Source: a virus
Taxonomy: Duplodnaviria; Caudoviricetes
DNA length: 27,510 nucleotides
IMG/VR virus record: IMGVR_UViG_3300037419_001104
Span: 1-27,510 of that record
Reading direction: 5' to 3' (one strand)
Part shown: piece by piece, positions 1 to 8,504 of the stretch
How the letters are laid out: each line of letters starts with the position of its first letter
How positions within the stretch are numbered: position 1 is the first letter of the stretch
Translations under genes and position numbers: made by a program
Notes under the pieces: generated by a model
Seen by the model: only the letters and a program-made list of their open reading frames with translations
What the model was told of the DNA's origin: nothing
Databases searched by the model: none

Positions 1-50
1 GGACGAAAGAGTCCGAACCGGGTTCAAACATTTCTGGATCGAGGTTCGGA

Positions 51-702
51 TTGGTCAACCGCAAGGCATTTGGCTGCTCGGTTGAGGGCTGCGAGGGTAG
101 CCACAGGGCACAGGGGCTCTGCCGGAGCCACTACGAGCAGGCCAGGCGAGCTGCTGGACTAGCATCGCGGAGCGTGTATCGCCCTCAGCCTCGAAACTGT
201 GCATTCGACAACTGCGGCGCAGAGTTGGTGTATCAGCCAGGGAGCAATCGAGGGAAGTATTGCCCCGAACACAGGGCCGAGGTTAGGCGCCAGCCACACA
301 ATTCGACCTCAACCTTCTGTACCGTGCCAGATTGCGGCCGCCATCATCGAGCCAAGGGGCTGTGCAGCATGCACTACGCCCGCAAACTGCGTGCTGAGGG
401 CCGGATCTCGGAGCGGTGGAATGACCGGCGGCAGGAGAACCGTGAACGGCGTCGGGCTCGGATGAAGGGCGTGTACGTCGGCCCCGAAAGCTCCTCGGTT
501 CGTTATCGCTGACCGTGATGGCTGGATGTGCGGCCTTTGCGGCGACCCGATCCCGAAGGTCGTCCGGCATGGGCACCCGCTGTACCTAACGATCGATCAC
601 ATTGTGCCGCTCTCGCAGGGCGGTGAGCATTCCCCATCTAACGTGCAGGCGGCGCATGCCCACTGCAACTATTCCAAGGGCTCGTCACGAGCCGCAGCAT
701 AA
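51..702 (+). pseudogene. HNH endonuclease with N-terminal Cys/His zinc-binding repeats, split by a +1 frameshift near 480-490
   Basis: 51-512 encodes two CxxxxC...GLCxxHY repeats. The +1 frame (open 466-702) encodes APRFVIADRDGWMCGLC...LTIDHIVPLSQGGEHSPSNVQAAHAHCNYSKG, a textbook HNH domain. Removing one C from GGCCCCG (480-486) fuses them. Confidence 0.85.
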
Positions 703-711
703 GGAGTCATT

Positions 712-1140
712 GTGGCCAACGCACTGTTCAACCCCGGCCGTGAGGGCTTCCTCGACGGCTCGATCGACGCCGACACGGCTGTTTTCAAGGCGGTCCTGGT
801 TCGGGGATATACGTTCTCTGCCGCGCACAAGTTCGTCTCTGAGGTGACGGCCGCAGGGGGTACTTTGGCCGCCACTTCGGCTGCGATGACGAACAAAACG
901 GTCACCGACGGCGTTTTCGATGCAGACAACGTGACCTGGAGCTCTGTGGCGTCGAACGCGAGCAACCACTCGATCATGATCATCCAGTCTTCGGCGGTCA
1001 CTGGTGGTGCGGATGTCGCTGCTTCGGCTCAGCGGCTCGTTGCCTGGATCGATACGGCCACGAACCTGCCGGCCGTGCCGAACGGCGGCGATATCACGGT
1101 GGCTTGGGACAACGGGTCCAACAAGATCTTCAAGCTGTAG
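712..1140 (+). CDS. Putative virion structural protein (minor tail or head-fibre base type), 142 aa
   Basis: AAGGAG SD at 701-706, GTG start. Beta-rich sequence ending PNGGDITVAWDNGSNKIFKL, resembling small phage virion proteins. Family recognised by eye only. Confidence 0.7.
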   Translation: MANALFNPGREGFLDGSIDADTAVFKAVLVRGYTFSAAHKFVSEVTAAGGTLAATSAAMTNKTVTDGVFDADNVTWSSVASNASNHSIMIIQSSAVTGGADVAASAQRLVAWIDTATNLPAVPNGGDITVAWDNGSNKIFKL

Positions 1141-1152
1141 GGAGGCTGGGCC

Positions 1153-2523
1153 GTGGCCGCGACCCCTTTGTTCGGCACCGGCAATTCCACTACGGCGACG
1201 TCTGCTGGCGCCACTTCGCTGTCGGTCAGTAAGCCGTCGAACGTTGCTGACGGCGATGTTCTGATCATTTTCGCTTATTGCCAGTTCGCGGGCACGGTGT
1301 CGTCGGTCCCGTCTGGCTGGACGTCGGCCGCCGGGTTCACTAACCGTGCTGCGGGCGTTTATTGGAAGCATATTCCGAGCGCTGCGAGTGAAACGGCGAC
1401 GTCGTACTCGTTCACGTTCAGCGGCTCCGGTCGTATTGTGCTGACGTGTTTCCGGTTGACGGGTTCCACGTCGAGCCCGGTTGACGCAGCTGGTGCTGAG
1501 GCCACCCAGGCGGCGGGCCCGAACACGACCCTGCCTGCGGCGTCGCCCACGACCAGCAACGCGATCTTGCTGGCGTTCCAGTATTGGAACAACTCCTCGA
1601 CGACCGTCTCGACCATCACGTGTGACGGTGCGATGACGGAAGGCCAGGAGGTCGCCTCCCCGACGACAGGTAACACGTCGGGCACGGAAGTTTCCTACCA
1701 GCAGCTGAGCGCCTCGGGCTCCACTGGAACCCGCGCGTACTCGACTTCGCCGTCGAGCGCGAGCCAGGGCGGCCGGATGGTCACCTTCAAGGCTGACCCG
1801 AACGTCACAGTGTCTCCGTCCGGTATTGCCTCCGCTGAGGCTTTCGGTTCTGCGACTGTCACGACGGCGCTCACGGTTTCGCCTTCGGGGATCGCCTCGG
1901 CTGAGGCCTTCGGGTCTCCCACGGTTTCGTCGTCACTTACGGTGTCCCCTTCGGGGATTGGGAGCGCGGAGGCATTCGGTTCACCGACTGTGACGTCGGA
2001 ACTGACTGTTTCCCCGGCGGGTATCGCGTCGGCGGAGGCTTTCGGGGACCCCACGGTTTCGTCGTTCCTTCAGGTGGAGCCCGCGGGCATCCCCAGCGAG
2101 GAAGCGTTCGGGGCTCCGACTCTGAGTACGTCTTTGACGGTCTCCCCGGCCGGGATTCCGTCCGAGGAAGCGTTCGGCACGGCTGAAGTGACGGTAGCGG
2201 AGCCGGATAAGATCCAGCCGCTCGGCATCCCGTCTGAGGAGGCTTTCGGCACGCCGGAGATCCTCACGTCCTTGACTGTGGAGCCTGAGGGTATCGCTTC
2301 AGGCGAGGATTTCGGAGCTCCCACGGTGTCGTCACTGCTGACGGTATCCCCGTCCAGCATCGCGAGCGCTGAGGCGTTCGGAGCGGCGACTGTCACGGTG
2401 GTGCAGCCGCGGGACATTGTGGTCACTGGCGGGCTTCTGCCGAGGCCGAAATCTGGGAGCTTGAGGGCTCGTGACAAGTCCGGCGGCTTGGCTGCCCGTG
2501 CATGGGAAGGGAGGCTGTCGTGA
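1153..2523 (+). CDS. Putative virion fibre protein with nine ~22-aa repeats, 456 aa
   Basis: GGGAGG SD. Ser/Thr/Ala/Gly-rich N-terminal beta domain followed by TVSPxGIxSxEAFGxPTV repeats. Confidence 0.75.
   Translation: MAATPLFGTGNSTTATSAGATSLSVSKPSNVADGDVLIIFAYCQFAGTVSSVPSGWTSAAGFTNRAAGVYWKHIPSAASETATSYSFTFSGSGRIVLTCFRLTGSTSSPVDAAGAEATQAAGPNTTLPAASPTTSNAILLAFQYWNNSSTTVSTITCDGAMTEGQEVASPTTGNTSGTEVSYQQLSASGSTGTRAYSTSPSSASQGGRMVTFKADPNVTVSPSGIASAEAFGSATVTTALTVSPSGIASAEAFGSPTVSSSLTVSPSGIGSAEAFGSPTVTSELTVSPAGIASAEAFGDPTVSSFLQVEPAGIPSEEAFGAPTLSTSLTVSPAGIPSEEAFGTAEVTVAEPDKIQPLGIPSEEAFGTPEILTSLTVEPEGIASGEDFGAPTVSSLLTVSPSSIASAEAFGAATVTVVQPRDIVVTGGLLPRPKSGSLRARDKSGGLAARAWEGRLS
1807..2406 (+). repeat. 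Degenerate 66-bp coding tandem repeat, 9 units (GIxSxEAFG)
   Basis: Nine units counted in the translation. Synonymous positions are diverged. Confidence 0.9.
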
Positions 2524-2786
2524 CGGACTCGTATCCGCGGGAAACGAAGGAGTACATTCACCCGGTGGTCACTGTGGACGGCGTTGGCGTCACCGCTGGT
2601 GTGGTTATCGCTATCGTCCCGGACGACGGCACCCGTCCGACGTCGTGGACGACACCGGACATCGTTGATTCGAAACTTGCGGTGATGATCGACCACCTGG
2701 CCACGGGCTACTACCGGGTGTTTGCGCAGATCACCGACTCCCCTGAGATCCCGGTCGTTGACTGCGGGGATTTCAGGATCACCTAA
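2520..2786 (+). CDS. Small beta-rich (Ig-like?) putative virion protein, 88 aa
   Basis: GTGA start/stop overlap with the upstream gene, GGGAGG SD at 2509-2514. GYYRVFAQITDSPEIPV pattern. Confidence 0.7.
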   Translation: MTDSYPRETKEYIHPVVTVDGVGVTAGVVIAIVPDDGTRPTSWTTPDIVDSKLAVMIDHLATGYYRVFAQITDSPEIPVVDCGDFRIT

Positions 2787-2938
2787 GGACCCGAGGGGAA
2801 GCGGGGCAGGGAAGCCGTGTTTGTGCGCTTCGGCGCGGGCGGCCGGGCAGCTATGAGGGTGAGGCTGCACTCAATTCCTACTCCTGGCGCAAGGCTGGGG
2901 GGCTTTTTGCCGCGCAATGCGAGCAGATTGGCAGGTAG

Positions 2939-3436
2939 ATGATGCCCAGTGGTGGAGCACGGCCCAATTCGGGGCCCGCACCTGATCCGAACGCCCTTCG
3001 CCGGCTCCGTAAGGATGACGGGAAGACGTGGACTGACCTTGACCCGGCGGGTTACTCGGGTGAGATGCCTGAGTACCCGTTCGCTGCGTCGGAGTTCGCG
3101 CACCCGTCCCCAAGTATCAACGCTGAGCAGGAGATGTGGGCGAAGCTGTGGCGGAAGCCGCAAGCGGCCATGTGGGCGAAGCTTGGGCTTGAGAACTCGG
3201 TCGCCATGTATGTGCGTTCGTTCCTTGAGGCGTCGAAACCTGAGGCCCCGTCGTCGCTGCGTACCGCCGTGTTGCGGATGGAGAACGATCTGGGCGTGTC
3301 GATTGTGGGCATGCGTGCCCTGCGCTGGCGCCTGGCTGAGGACCAGTTGGCGCCGAAGCGTGAGGAGAAGAACGCTCCGAAGGGCAAGGCTTCGGCAAGG
3401 GAGCGCCGCCTGAAGGCGGTTGGAGACGGTGCCTAA
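2939..3436 (+). CDS. terS: Terminase small subunit
   Basis: N-terminal SGGARPNSGPAPDPNALRR, WxxLWRKPQAAMW and 'LRMENDLGVSIVGMRALRW' match actinophage small terminases. Directly precedes terL. Confidence 0.88.
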   Translation: MMPSGGARPNSGPAPDPNALRRLRKDDGKTWTDLDPAGYSGEMPEYPFAASEFAHPSPSINAEQEMWAKLWRKPQAAMWAKLGLENSVAMYVRSFLEASKPEAPSSLRTAVLRMENDLGVSIVGMRALRWRLAEDQLAPKREEKNAPKGKASARERRLKAVGDGA

Positions 3437-5153
3437 GACGCTTACCGCGTCGAACTTCCTCCGCTGGCCCAACCGGACGATGGACATCTCCCCTTGCTGG
3501 ATCGAACAGCATTGCGTGGTCCCTGACGGTGACCTGGACTTCAACGGCCACCCGCCGCAGTTCACGCTCCGCGACTACCAGCTCTGTTTCGTGGGCAACC
3601 ACTACGACGTCAAGCGGAACGCGCGGCCCGGCATGAAGTCGGCCGCGTTCGTGAACCAGATGTCGCTGCTGATGGACGCCCAGAAAAAGGGCAAGTCCCC
3701 GATGGGTGCCGCGGCGATCTGTCTAGAGGCGGTCGGGCCGGCACTGTTCGGCGGCTGGGCGCGTGGCGGCGAGGTGTGGGACTGCCGGGATCACGGCTGT
3801 GGTTGCGGCTGGATCTACGAGTACGAGCCGGGCGAACCGATGGGCCGCCGCTGGACTGCTCCGCTGATTCAGATCACGGCGACGTCGGAAGACCAGACGG
3901 GCAACACGTACGACGCCTTGCGTCCCATGATCGACCTCGGGCCGCTGTCGGAACTGATCCCAAACACGGGTGAGGAAGTGATCCGCCTCCCGGGAGGGAA
4001 GCACTGCCAGATAGTCCCTGTCACGGCGAAAGCCACGTCCCGCCTCGGTCAGCGCGTCACTTTCGTCCTCTGGGACGAGATCGGCATCTACACCGACGAG
4101 CGTATGTGGAAGGTGTACCGGACCCAGAAGCGCGGTCTCACCCTCATGGGTGGCCGCGGCATGGCGATGACCAACGCTGACGACCCGGCCACGGACAACG
4201 TGGCGAAGGACATCGTTGAGAACCCGGACAAGAACACCTACGTCCAGAACATCGAGCCTCCCAAGGGTCTGGACTTCCTGAAGAAGGCCGACCGGCGGAA
4301 GATCCTCCAGTTCAACTACGCGGACGCTCCCTGGGCGTTGCAGAACCTCGCCGGGGTTGAGGCTGATATCCAGCAGGCCCTTCGGCGTGACCCTGCGGAA
4401 GCTGAGCGGTTCTACGGTAACCGGCGCGTCATGGGTTCCGGTCACTGGATCTCGGGTGACTCGTGGGAGCGGAAGAAAGCCCCCCGCGAGGTTCCGGACG
4501 GGTCGCTGATCGTGATCGCCGGGGACTTGTCGAACAACAACGACTGGACGGGTATCCGGGCTCAGACAGCGGACGGCTACCAGTTCACGCCGACGTACGG
4601 GCCTGAGAAGAAGCCTACGATCTGGCAGCCGAACGGCCCGGGCGGGTTGATCCCTCGCGGCGAGGTCCGGGCGGCTGTGGACGAGTTGTTCGAACGGTTC
4701 GTCGTGGTCCGCGCCTATTTCGACCCTGCGGGTTCGGCCCGTGGCGTTTCCGCTGAGGCGGACGCGATGGAAGTCGTTGAGGACGACTCGTGGCGGTTCG
4801 AGCTGAAGGCCTGGCAGGCGAACTACCCGAACGCCGAGGGGAAACCCCGCGTGTTCGTGTGGGAAACCCACTCCGTCGCGAAGATCCACCCGGTGCTGGA
4901 GGCCTTCCGGCAGTCGGTGAACGGCGACGGCGAGGAAACAGCGTTCCGGCACGACGGGTGCCCGACGACGGCGATCCACATCGGGAACGCGATCATGCGG
5001 GCCCGTACCGGGCAGCGGTACATCCTCGGCAAGCCGAACGAGAACCAAAAGATCGACATGGCCATGTCGAGCGTCATTTGCGCCGAGGCTGCCGCCGATG
5101 CGCTGCTCGCTGGGGAGTTCAAAGCCCCAGAGGACGAATACGTGTACTTCTGA
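3420..5153 (+). CDS. terL: Terminase large subunit
   Basis: Walker A-like QKKGKS, ATSEDQT motif, Walker B FVLWDE, nuclease acidic residues (GDLSNNNDWT, KIDMAMS). Start codon uncertain (3420 TTG or 3429 GTG). Confidence 0.95.
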   Translation: METVPKTLTASNFLRWPNRTMDISPCWIEQHCVVPDGDLDFNGHPPQFTLRDYQLCFVGNHYDVKRNARPGMKSAAFVNQMSLLMDAQKKGKSPMGAAAICLEAVGPALFGGWARGGEVWDCRDHGCGCGWIYEYEPGEPMGRRWTAPLIQITATSEDQTGNTYDALRPMIDLGPLSELIPNTGEEVIRLPGGKHCQIVPVTAKATSRLGQRVTFVLWDEIGIYTDERMWKVYRTQKRGLTLMGGRGMAMTNADDPATDNVAKDIVENPDKNTYVQNIEPPKGLDFLKKADRRKILQFNYADAPWALQNLAGVEADIQQALRRDPAEAERFYGNRRVMGSGHWISGDSWERKKAPREVPDGSLIVIAGDLSNNNDWTGIRAQTADGYQFTPTYGPEKKPTIWQPNGPGGLIPRGEVRAAVDELFERFVVVRAYFDPAGSARGVSAEADAMEVVEDDSWRFELKAWQANYPNAEGKPRVFVWETHSVAKIHPVLEAFRQSVNGDGEETAFRHDGCPTTAIHIGNAIMRARTGQRYILGKPNENQKIDMAMSSVICAEAAADALLAGEFKAPEDEYVYF

Positions 5154-5167
5154 GAGAGGGGGCCGCC

Positions 5168-6637
5168 TTGGACGTGAAAAGCGCAGCCGCGAAGCTGGAC
5201 AAGCTCAACAGCGAGCGTCTACGGCGTGGCAAGGAATCCGATGAGTTCAAGGGATTCTTCCTCGGGGAACAGCCTCTCAAGTTCGCGTCGAATGAGTGGG
5301 CCGAGGAACACCAGGCGCGGTACGAAGGGTTCGCGGACAACTGGACTGAGGTGGTGGCGAACTCCAACGCGGAGCGCATCACCCTGGATGGCGTGAAGAT
5401 CCCGACCAGCAGCAACAAAGCATCAGCGAAGCAAACCCCGCAGGAGCGGAAGCTGATGGACATGTTCCTGAGTCTGAACTTCGATTCGCTGTCCCAGCAG
5501 GGGTTCCTAGAGTCCATCATCTCGCGCCGGTCGTTCGCTTATGTGTGGAACGGCGAGGACGGCGAGGGCTCGGTTGGGGACTGGAAGGACCCGTCTGAAG
5601 CCATCGTTGAGTATGACCCGTTCACTGGCCGCGACCGGCGTTTCGGTGCCATGTTCTGGGATGACGAGACGCGGTTGCACGCGCACCTGTACACGAAGAC
5701 TGAGGTTTTCCACTTCTCACGAGAGAAGGGAGTTGTCTCTTCAGGCGGATTGATCCTGCCCAGCAATGTCTCCCTGCCGGGTCAGTGGGAGTTTCACGAG
5801 GATACCTCCGGGGTGAATCACCTCGGGGTGGTGCCGCTGGTGGAGTTCCCCAACCGGCCGATCCTGAAGAAGGGCCCGCTCTCGGACATTTCCGGGGTGA
5901 TGGCCATGCAGGAGGCAATCAACCTTCTGTGGGCGTACCTGTTCAGCGCCGCTGACTTCGCTGGCATGCCCGCGCGCGTGATCATGGGCCAGGCACCGCC
6001 GAAGATCCCGATCCTTGACGAGAACGGGGTGAAGGTCGGTGAACGCACGGTCGATCCCATCGAGCTGACCAGGGGCCGCATGCTGTGGCTCACGGGGCAG
6101 AACGCCACGATCGGGCAGTGGGAATCCGCGAAGTTGGACGTCTTCACGGCTGTGATCGAACAGGCGGTGGGGCACATTGCGGCGCAGACCCGCACGCCCC
6201 CGCACTACCTTGTGGCGAACAAGGGCCTCTCGAACCTCTCGGGTGACGCTCTGAAGGCGGCAGAGACCGGCCTTGTGTCCAAGGTGAGGCAGACGATCTC
6301 CTACTTCGAACCGTCCGTCCGTGCGTTGTTCGTTCTGATCGCTCTCCAGTCCGGGGATAAGCGCCTGGCGGAGGCCGCGAAGCGTTCCAAGCCGCAATGG
6401 AAGGACGTCGAGAACCGTTCCGAGGCGCAGGCTTCGGACGCCCTGCTGAAGAAGCAGCAGGCGGGTTACCCGTTCGAGTGGCTGCTCCGCGAGGACGGCA
6501 AGTCGCCGGATGAAATCTCCGAGATTATGGCCATGAAAGAAGCCGAGTCCCAGCGTGCCCTTGCAGCCGGCGTAGCGGACCTGATCCGCGCACCTATGCA
6601 GAACGGGCAGCAGCCTGACGAGGGCGACCAAGAATGA
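5168..6637 (+). CDS. Portal protein (SPP1 Gp6-like), ~489 aa
   Basis: Follows terL. GVVPLVEFPNRP, IAAQTRTPPHYL and NLSGDALKAAETGLVSK motifs. Start moved to TTG 5168 after GAGAGG, since the ORF-track start 4790 overlaps terL. Confidence 0.93.
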   Translation: MDVKSAAAKLDKLNSERLRRGKESDEFKGFFLGEQPLKFASNEWAEEHQARYEGFADNWTEVVANSNAERITLDGVKIPTSSNKASAKQTPQERKLMDMFLSLNFDSLSQQGFLESIISRRSFAYVWNGEDGEGSVGDWKDPSEAIVEYDPFTGRDRRFGAMFWDDETRLHAHLYTKTEVFHFSREKGVVSSGGLILPSNVSLPGQWEFHEDTSGVNHLGVVPLVEFPNRPILKKGPLSDISGVMAMQEAINLLWAYLFSAADFAGMPARVIMGQAPPKIPILDENGVKVGERTVDPIELTRGRMLWLTGQNATIGQWESAKLDVFTAVIEQAVGHIAAQTRTPPHYLVANKGLSNLSGDALKAAETGLVSKVRQTISYFEPSVRALFVLIALQSGDKRLAEAAKRSKPQWKDVENRSEAQASDALLKKQQAGYPFEWLLREDGKSPDEISEIMAMKEAESQRALAAGVADLIRAPMQNGQQPDEGDQE

Positions 6638-7650
6638 CCGTGCAGCAGGTCGCCAGTGCGTACCAGCGGATGCAGGCCGCACTGGCGGGACGTACGGCTG
6701 TGCAGATCCTTGAGATGTGGCGGAACATTCCCATGTCTCGGCTTTCGCATGACTGGTCGATCGTCGCACCCGTTGCGGCGATGCTGCTGCTCCGCTCCCA
6801 GTACGTGTCCGCTGCGAATGCGGAACCGTATCTGGAGGACGTTGCGCTGGCTTTCGGTGCAGTGTCGTTGACGTCGGCGCCTGTCCGTCCGGACGCGTTC
6901 GCCGGGGTCGCCGCTGACGGCCGCACCTTGGAGGGTCTGCTGCTCACCGGGCCGGTCACCGCGAAGCGTGTCATCGCGGCAGGGGGAACCCTGGCCGAGG
7001 CACGTCAGGCGGGGTCCGCTGCGCTACGCGCTGCTGTCGAGACGCAAGTCGTTGAAGCGGCCAGCTCCGCGATGCACGTCTCGATGTTCGTCCGTGACGC
7101 CCCTCCCCCACCAACGGCGGAAGTCGTGAAGGGGCCAGGTGGCCGGACGTTCATCCGTGACAGCCAAGGAGGGACGAAGCCGTACTTCCGGCCCAAGCAT
7201 TACGTCCGCATGGTTCAGCCGGGGGCGTGCGCGAGGTGCATCGTCCTGGCGGGGAAACGGTACGGGCGCCGGGTGGCTTTCCTCCGGCACCCGCTTTGTC
7301 ACTGCACGCATATCCCGGTTGACGAGAACATTGACGACTACCCGGCCACGGACCCGAAAGCTTACTTCGATTCCCTCACGCCTGAGGAACGGAAGAAGAC
7401 TTTCGGCAAGGCCGGCGCTGAGTCGATCGAGTTGGGCGCCGACATGTCGCAGATCGTAAACGCCCGCCGCGGGATGTACGTGACGAAGGGCGGCCTGCAA
7501 GCCACCCGGATCGGCACTACCAAGCGTGGGGCGTTCGGTCAGGCTTCCCCCCGCACAGCCCGTCTAATGCCGGAGGAGATTTTCCGTCTCTCGAACGGTA
7601 ACCGCGAGGAGGCGCTCCGCCTGCTCCGCCAGTACAGATACATTCTCTAA
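6634..7650 (+). CDS. MuF-like/VG15-type head morphogenesis protein (often annotated capsid maturation protease)
   Basis: ATGA overlap with portal. GACARCxxLA...FLRHPLCHC motif. Lies between portal and scaffold. Confidence 0.8.
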   Translation: MTVQQVASAYQRMQAALAGRTAVQILEMWRNIPMSRLSHDWSIVAPVAAMLLLRSQYVSAANAEPYLEDVALAFGAVSLTSAPVRPDAFAGVAADGRTLEGLLLTGPVTAKRVIAAGGTLAEARQAGSAALRAAVETQVVEAASSAMHVSMFVRDAPPPPTAEVVKGPGGRTFIRDSQGGTKPYFRPKHYVRMVQPGACARCIVLAGKRYGRRVAFLRHPLCHCTHIPVDENIDDYPATDPKAYFDSLTPEERKKTFGKAGAESIELGADMSQIVNARRGMYVTKGGLQATRIGTTKRGAFGQASPRTARLMPEEIFRLSNGNREEALRLLRQYRYIL

Positions 7651-7691
7651 CCCCCTACGCCCGCAACGGGCACTCGCAATGAGAGGAACCC

Positions 7692-8468
7692 ATGTTCAAG
7701 AAGCTTCTCCACGGGATCGACATGTCTGCACCGGGCGCAGTCGAGGAGTTGATCGAGTTCCACCGGCTGACCTTCGGGGACGCCGTGATGGAAGATCCTC
7801 CCGGCACCCCTCCCGCAGGCAACCCCGCCGGAGATCCTCCTGCCGGTGACCCGCCAGCTGGGGACCCACCAGCAAGCGATCCTCCCGCCGGAGATCCTCC
7901 TGCCGACCCCCCAGGGACCGAGGCGCTTGGCGACCCGGGGAAGCGTGCACTGGATGCGATGAAGGCGAGAGCCGCCGAGGAGAAGCGTAAGCGACTCGCC
8001 GCGGAAGCGCGGATCGCGGAGCTCACTGCCCCGAAGCCCGGCGACGAACTCACCCCGGAGCAGCTCCGCGAGCAGATCCGCACTGAGGAACGCAAGGCCC
8101 TCCGCGCTCCCCTGCTGAAGGCAGAGGTCCGTGGCCTCGCCGCGACGCTGGAGTTCAACGACCCCAACGACGCACACCTGTACCTGAATCTCGATGAGTT
8201 CGAACCGGCCCCCGACGGCGGGTTCGACACGGACGAGATCAGCGAAAAGCTTACTGAGCTGCTGGGCAAGAAGCCGTGGCTCAAGAAGACCCCCGCCGGG
8301 CAATCCGGCACCGGACCGGCGCCCAGGGTGCCTGCTCCGCCTGCACATGGGAACCCCCCGACGCCGCCGACGCTTGACGAGCAGATCGCCACGGCGACTG
8401 CTGCTGGCGACTTCAGCAAGGTTCTCAGGTTGCAAAACCAGAAGCTCGCTAACTACGAGCCCAAGTAA
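7692..8468 (+). CDS. Capsid scaffolding protein
   Basis: Pro/Asp-rich N-terminal linker, LGDPGKRALDAMK coiled segment, FNDPNDA, KPWL motif. Directly before the capsid gene. Confidence 0.9.
   Translation: MFKKLLHGIDMSAPGAVEELIEFHRLTFGDAVMEDPPGTPPAGNPAGDPPAGDPPAGDPPASDPPAGDPPADPPGTEALGDPGKRALDAMKARAAEEKRKRLAAEARIAELTAPKPGDELTPEQLREQIRTEERKALRAPLLKAEVRGLAATLEFNDPNDAHLYLNLDEFEPAPDGGFDTDEISEKLTELLGKKPWLKKTPAGQSGTGPAPRVPAPPAHGNPPTPPTLDEQIATATAAGDFSKVLRLQNQKLANYEPK
7791..7916 (+). repeat. 15-bp degenerate coding repeat (PPAGD)n in scaffold
   Basis: Translation DPPGTPPAGNPAGDPPAGDPPAGDPPASDPPAGDPPADPPG. CCCGCCGGAGATCCTCCTGCCG occurs twice, 60 bp apart. Confidence 0.85.
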
Positions 8469-8481
8469 CCGAGGCCTCGGT
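8468..8481. promoter_or_regulatory. Perfect 14-bp palindrome/hairpin upstream of capsid RBS
   Basis: ACCGAGGCCTCGGT between the scaffold stop and the TAAGGAG SD. Function inferred (mRNA stabilisation or processing). Confidence 0.45.
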
Positions 8482-8504
8482 CTCAGAAACTCTAAGGAGC
8501 CATC

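Noticed and set aside
1-51. Inverted repeat TCCGAACC (12-19)/GGTTCGGA (43-50) as a cos or terminase site
   Set aside because: Real but short. Cannot tell whether base 1 is the physical genome end without the right end or read data.
1807-2406. Regularly spaced repeats as a possible CRISPR array or DGR
   Set aside because: Conserved at protein level with synonymous divergence. No identical DNA repeats with unique spacers, and no cas or reverse transcriptase gene.
2853-2942. 29-codon ORF ending at the terS start
   Set aside because: No SD, atypical codons, and it runs through hairpins. Probably chance.
3723-5048. 441-aa minus-strand ORF (also 7647-9671, 5741-6769, 20624-21730 and similar)
   Set aside because: Antisense shadows of high-GC genes. 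No motifs or RBS, and fully overlapped by well-supported plus-strand genes.
4790-5167. N-terminal extension of portal in the ORF track
   Set aside because: Overlaps the terL nuclease domain and has Arg-rich off-frame composition. An SD and TTG lie just after the terL stop.
7672-7686. ACTCGC-AAT-GAGAGG (and 2908-2924) as extra copies of operator B
   Set aside because: Only one good half-site each. The RNA pentaloop reading fits all copies better, though weak repressor binding is not excluded.
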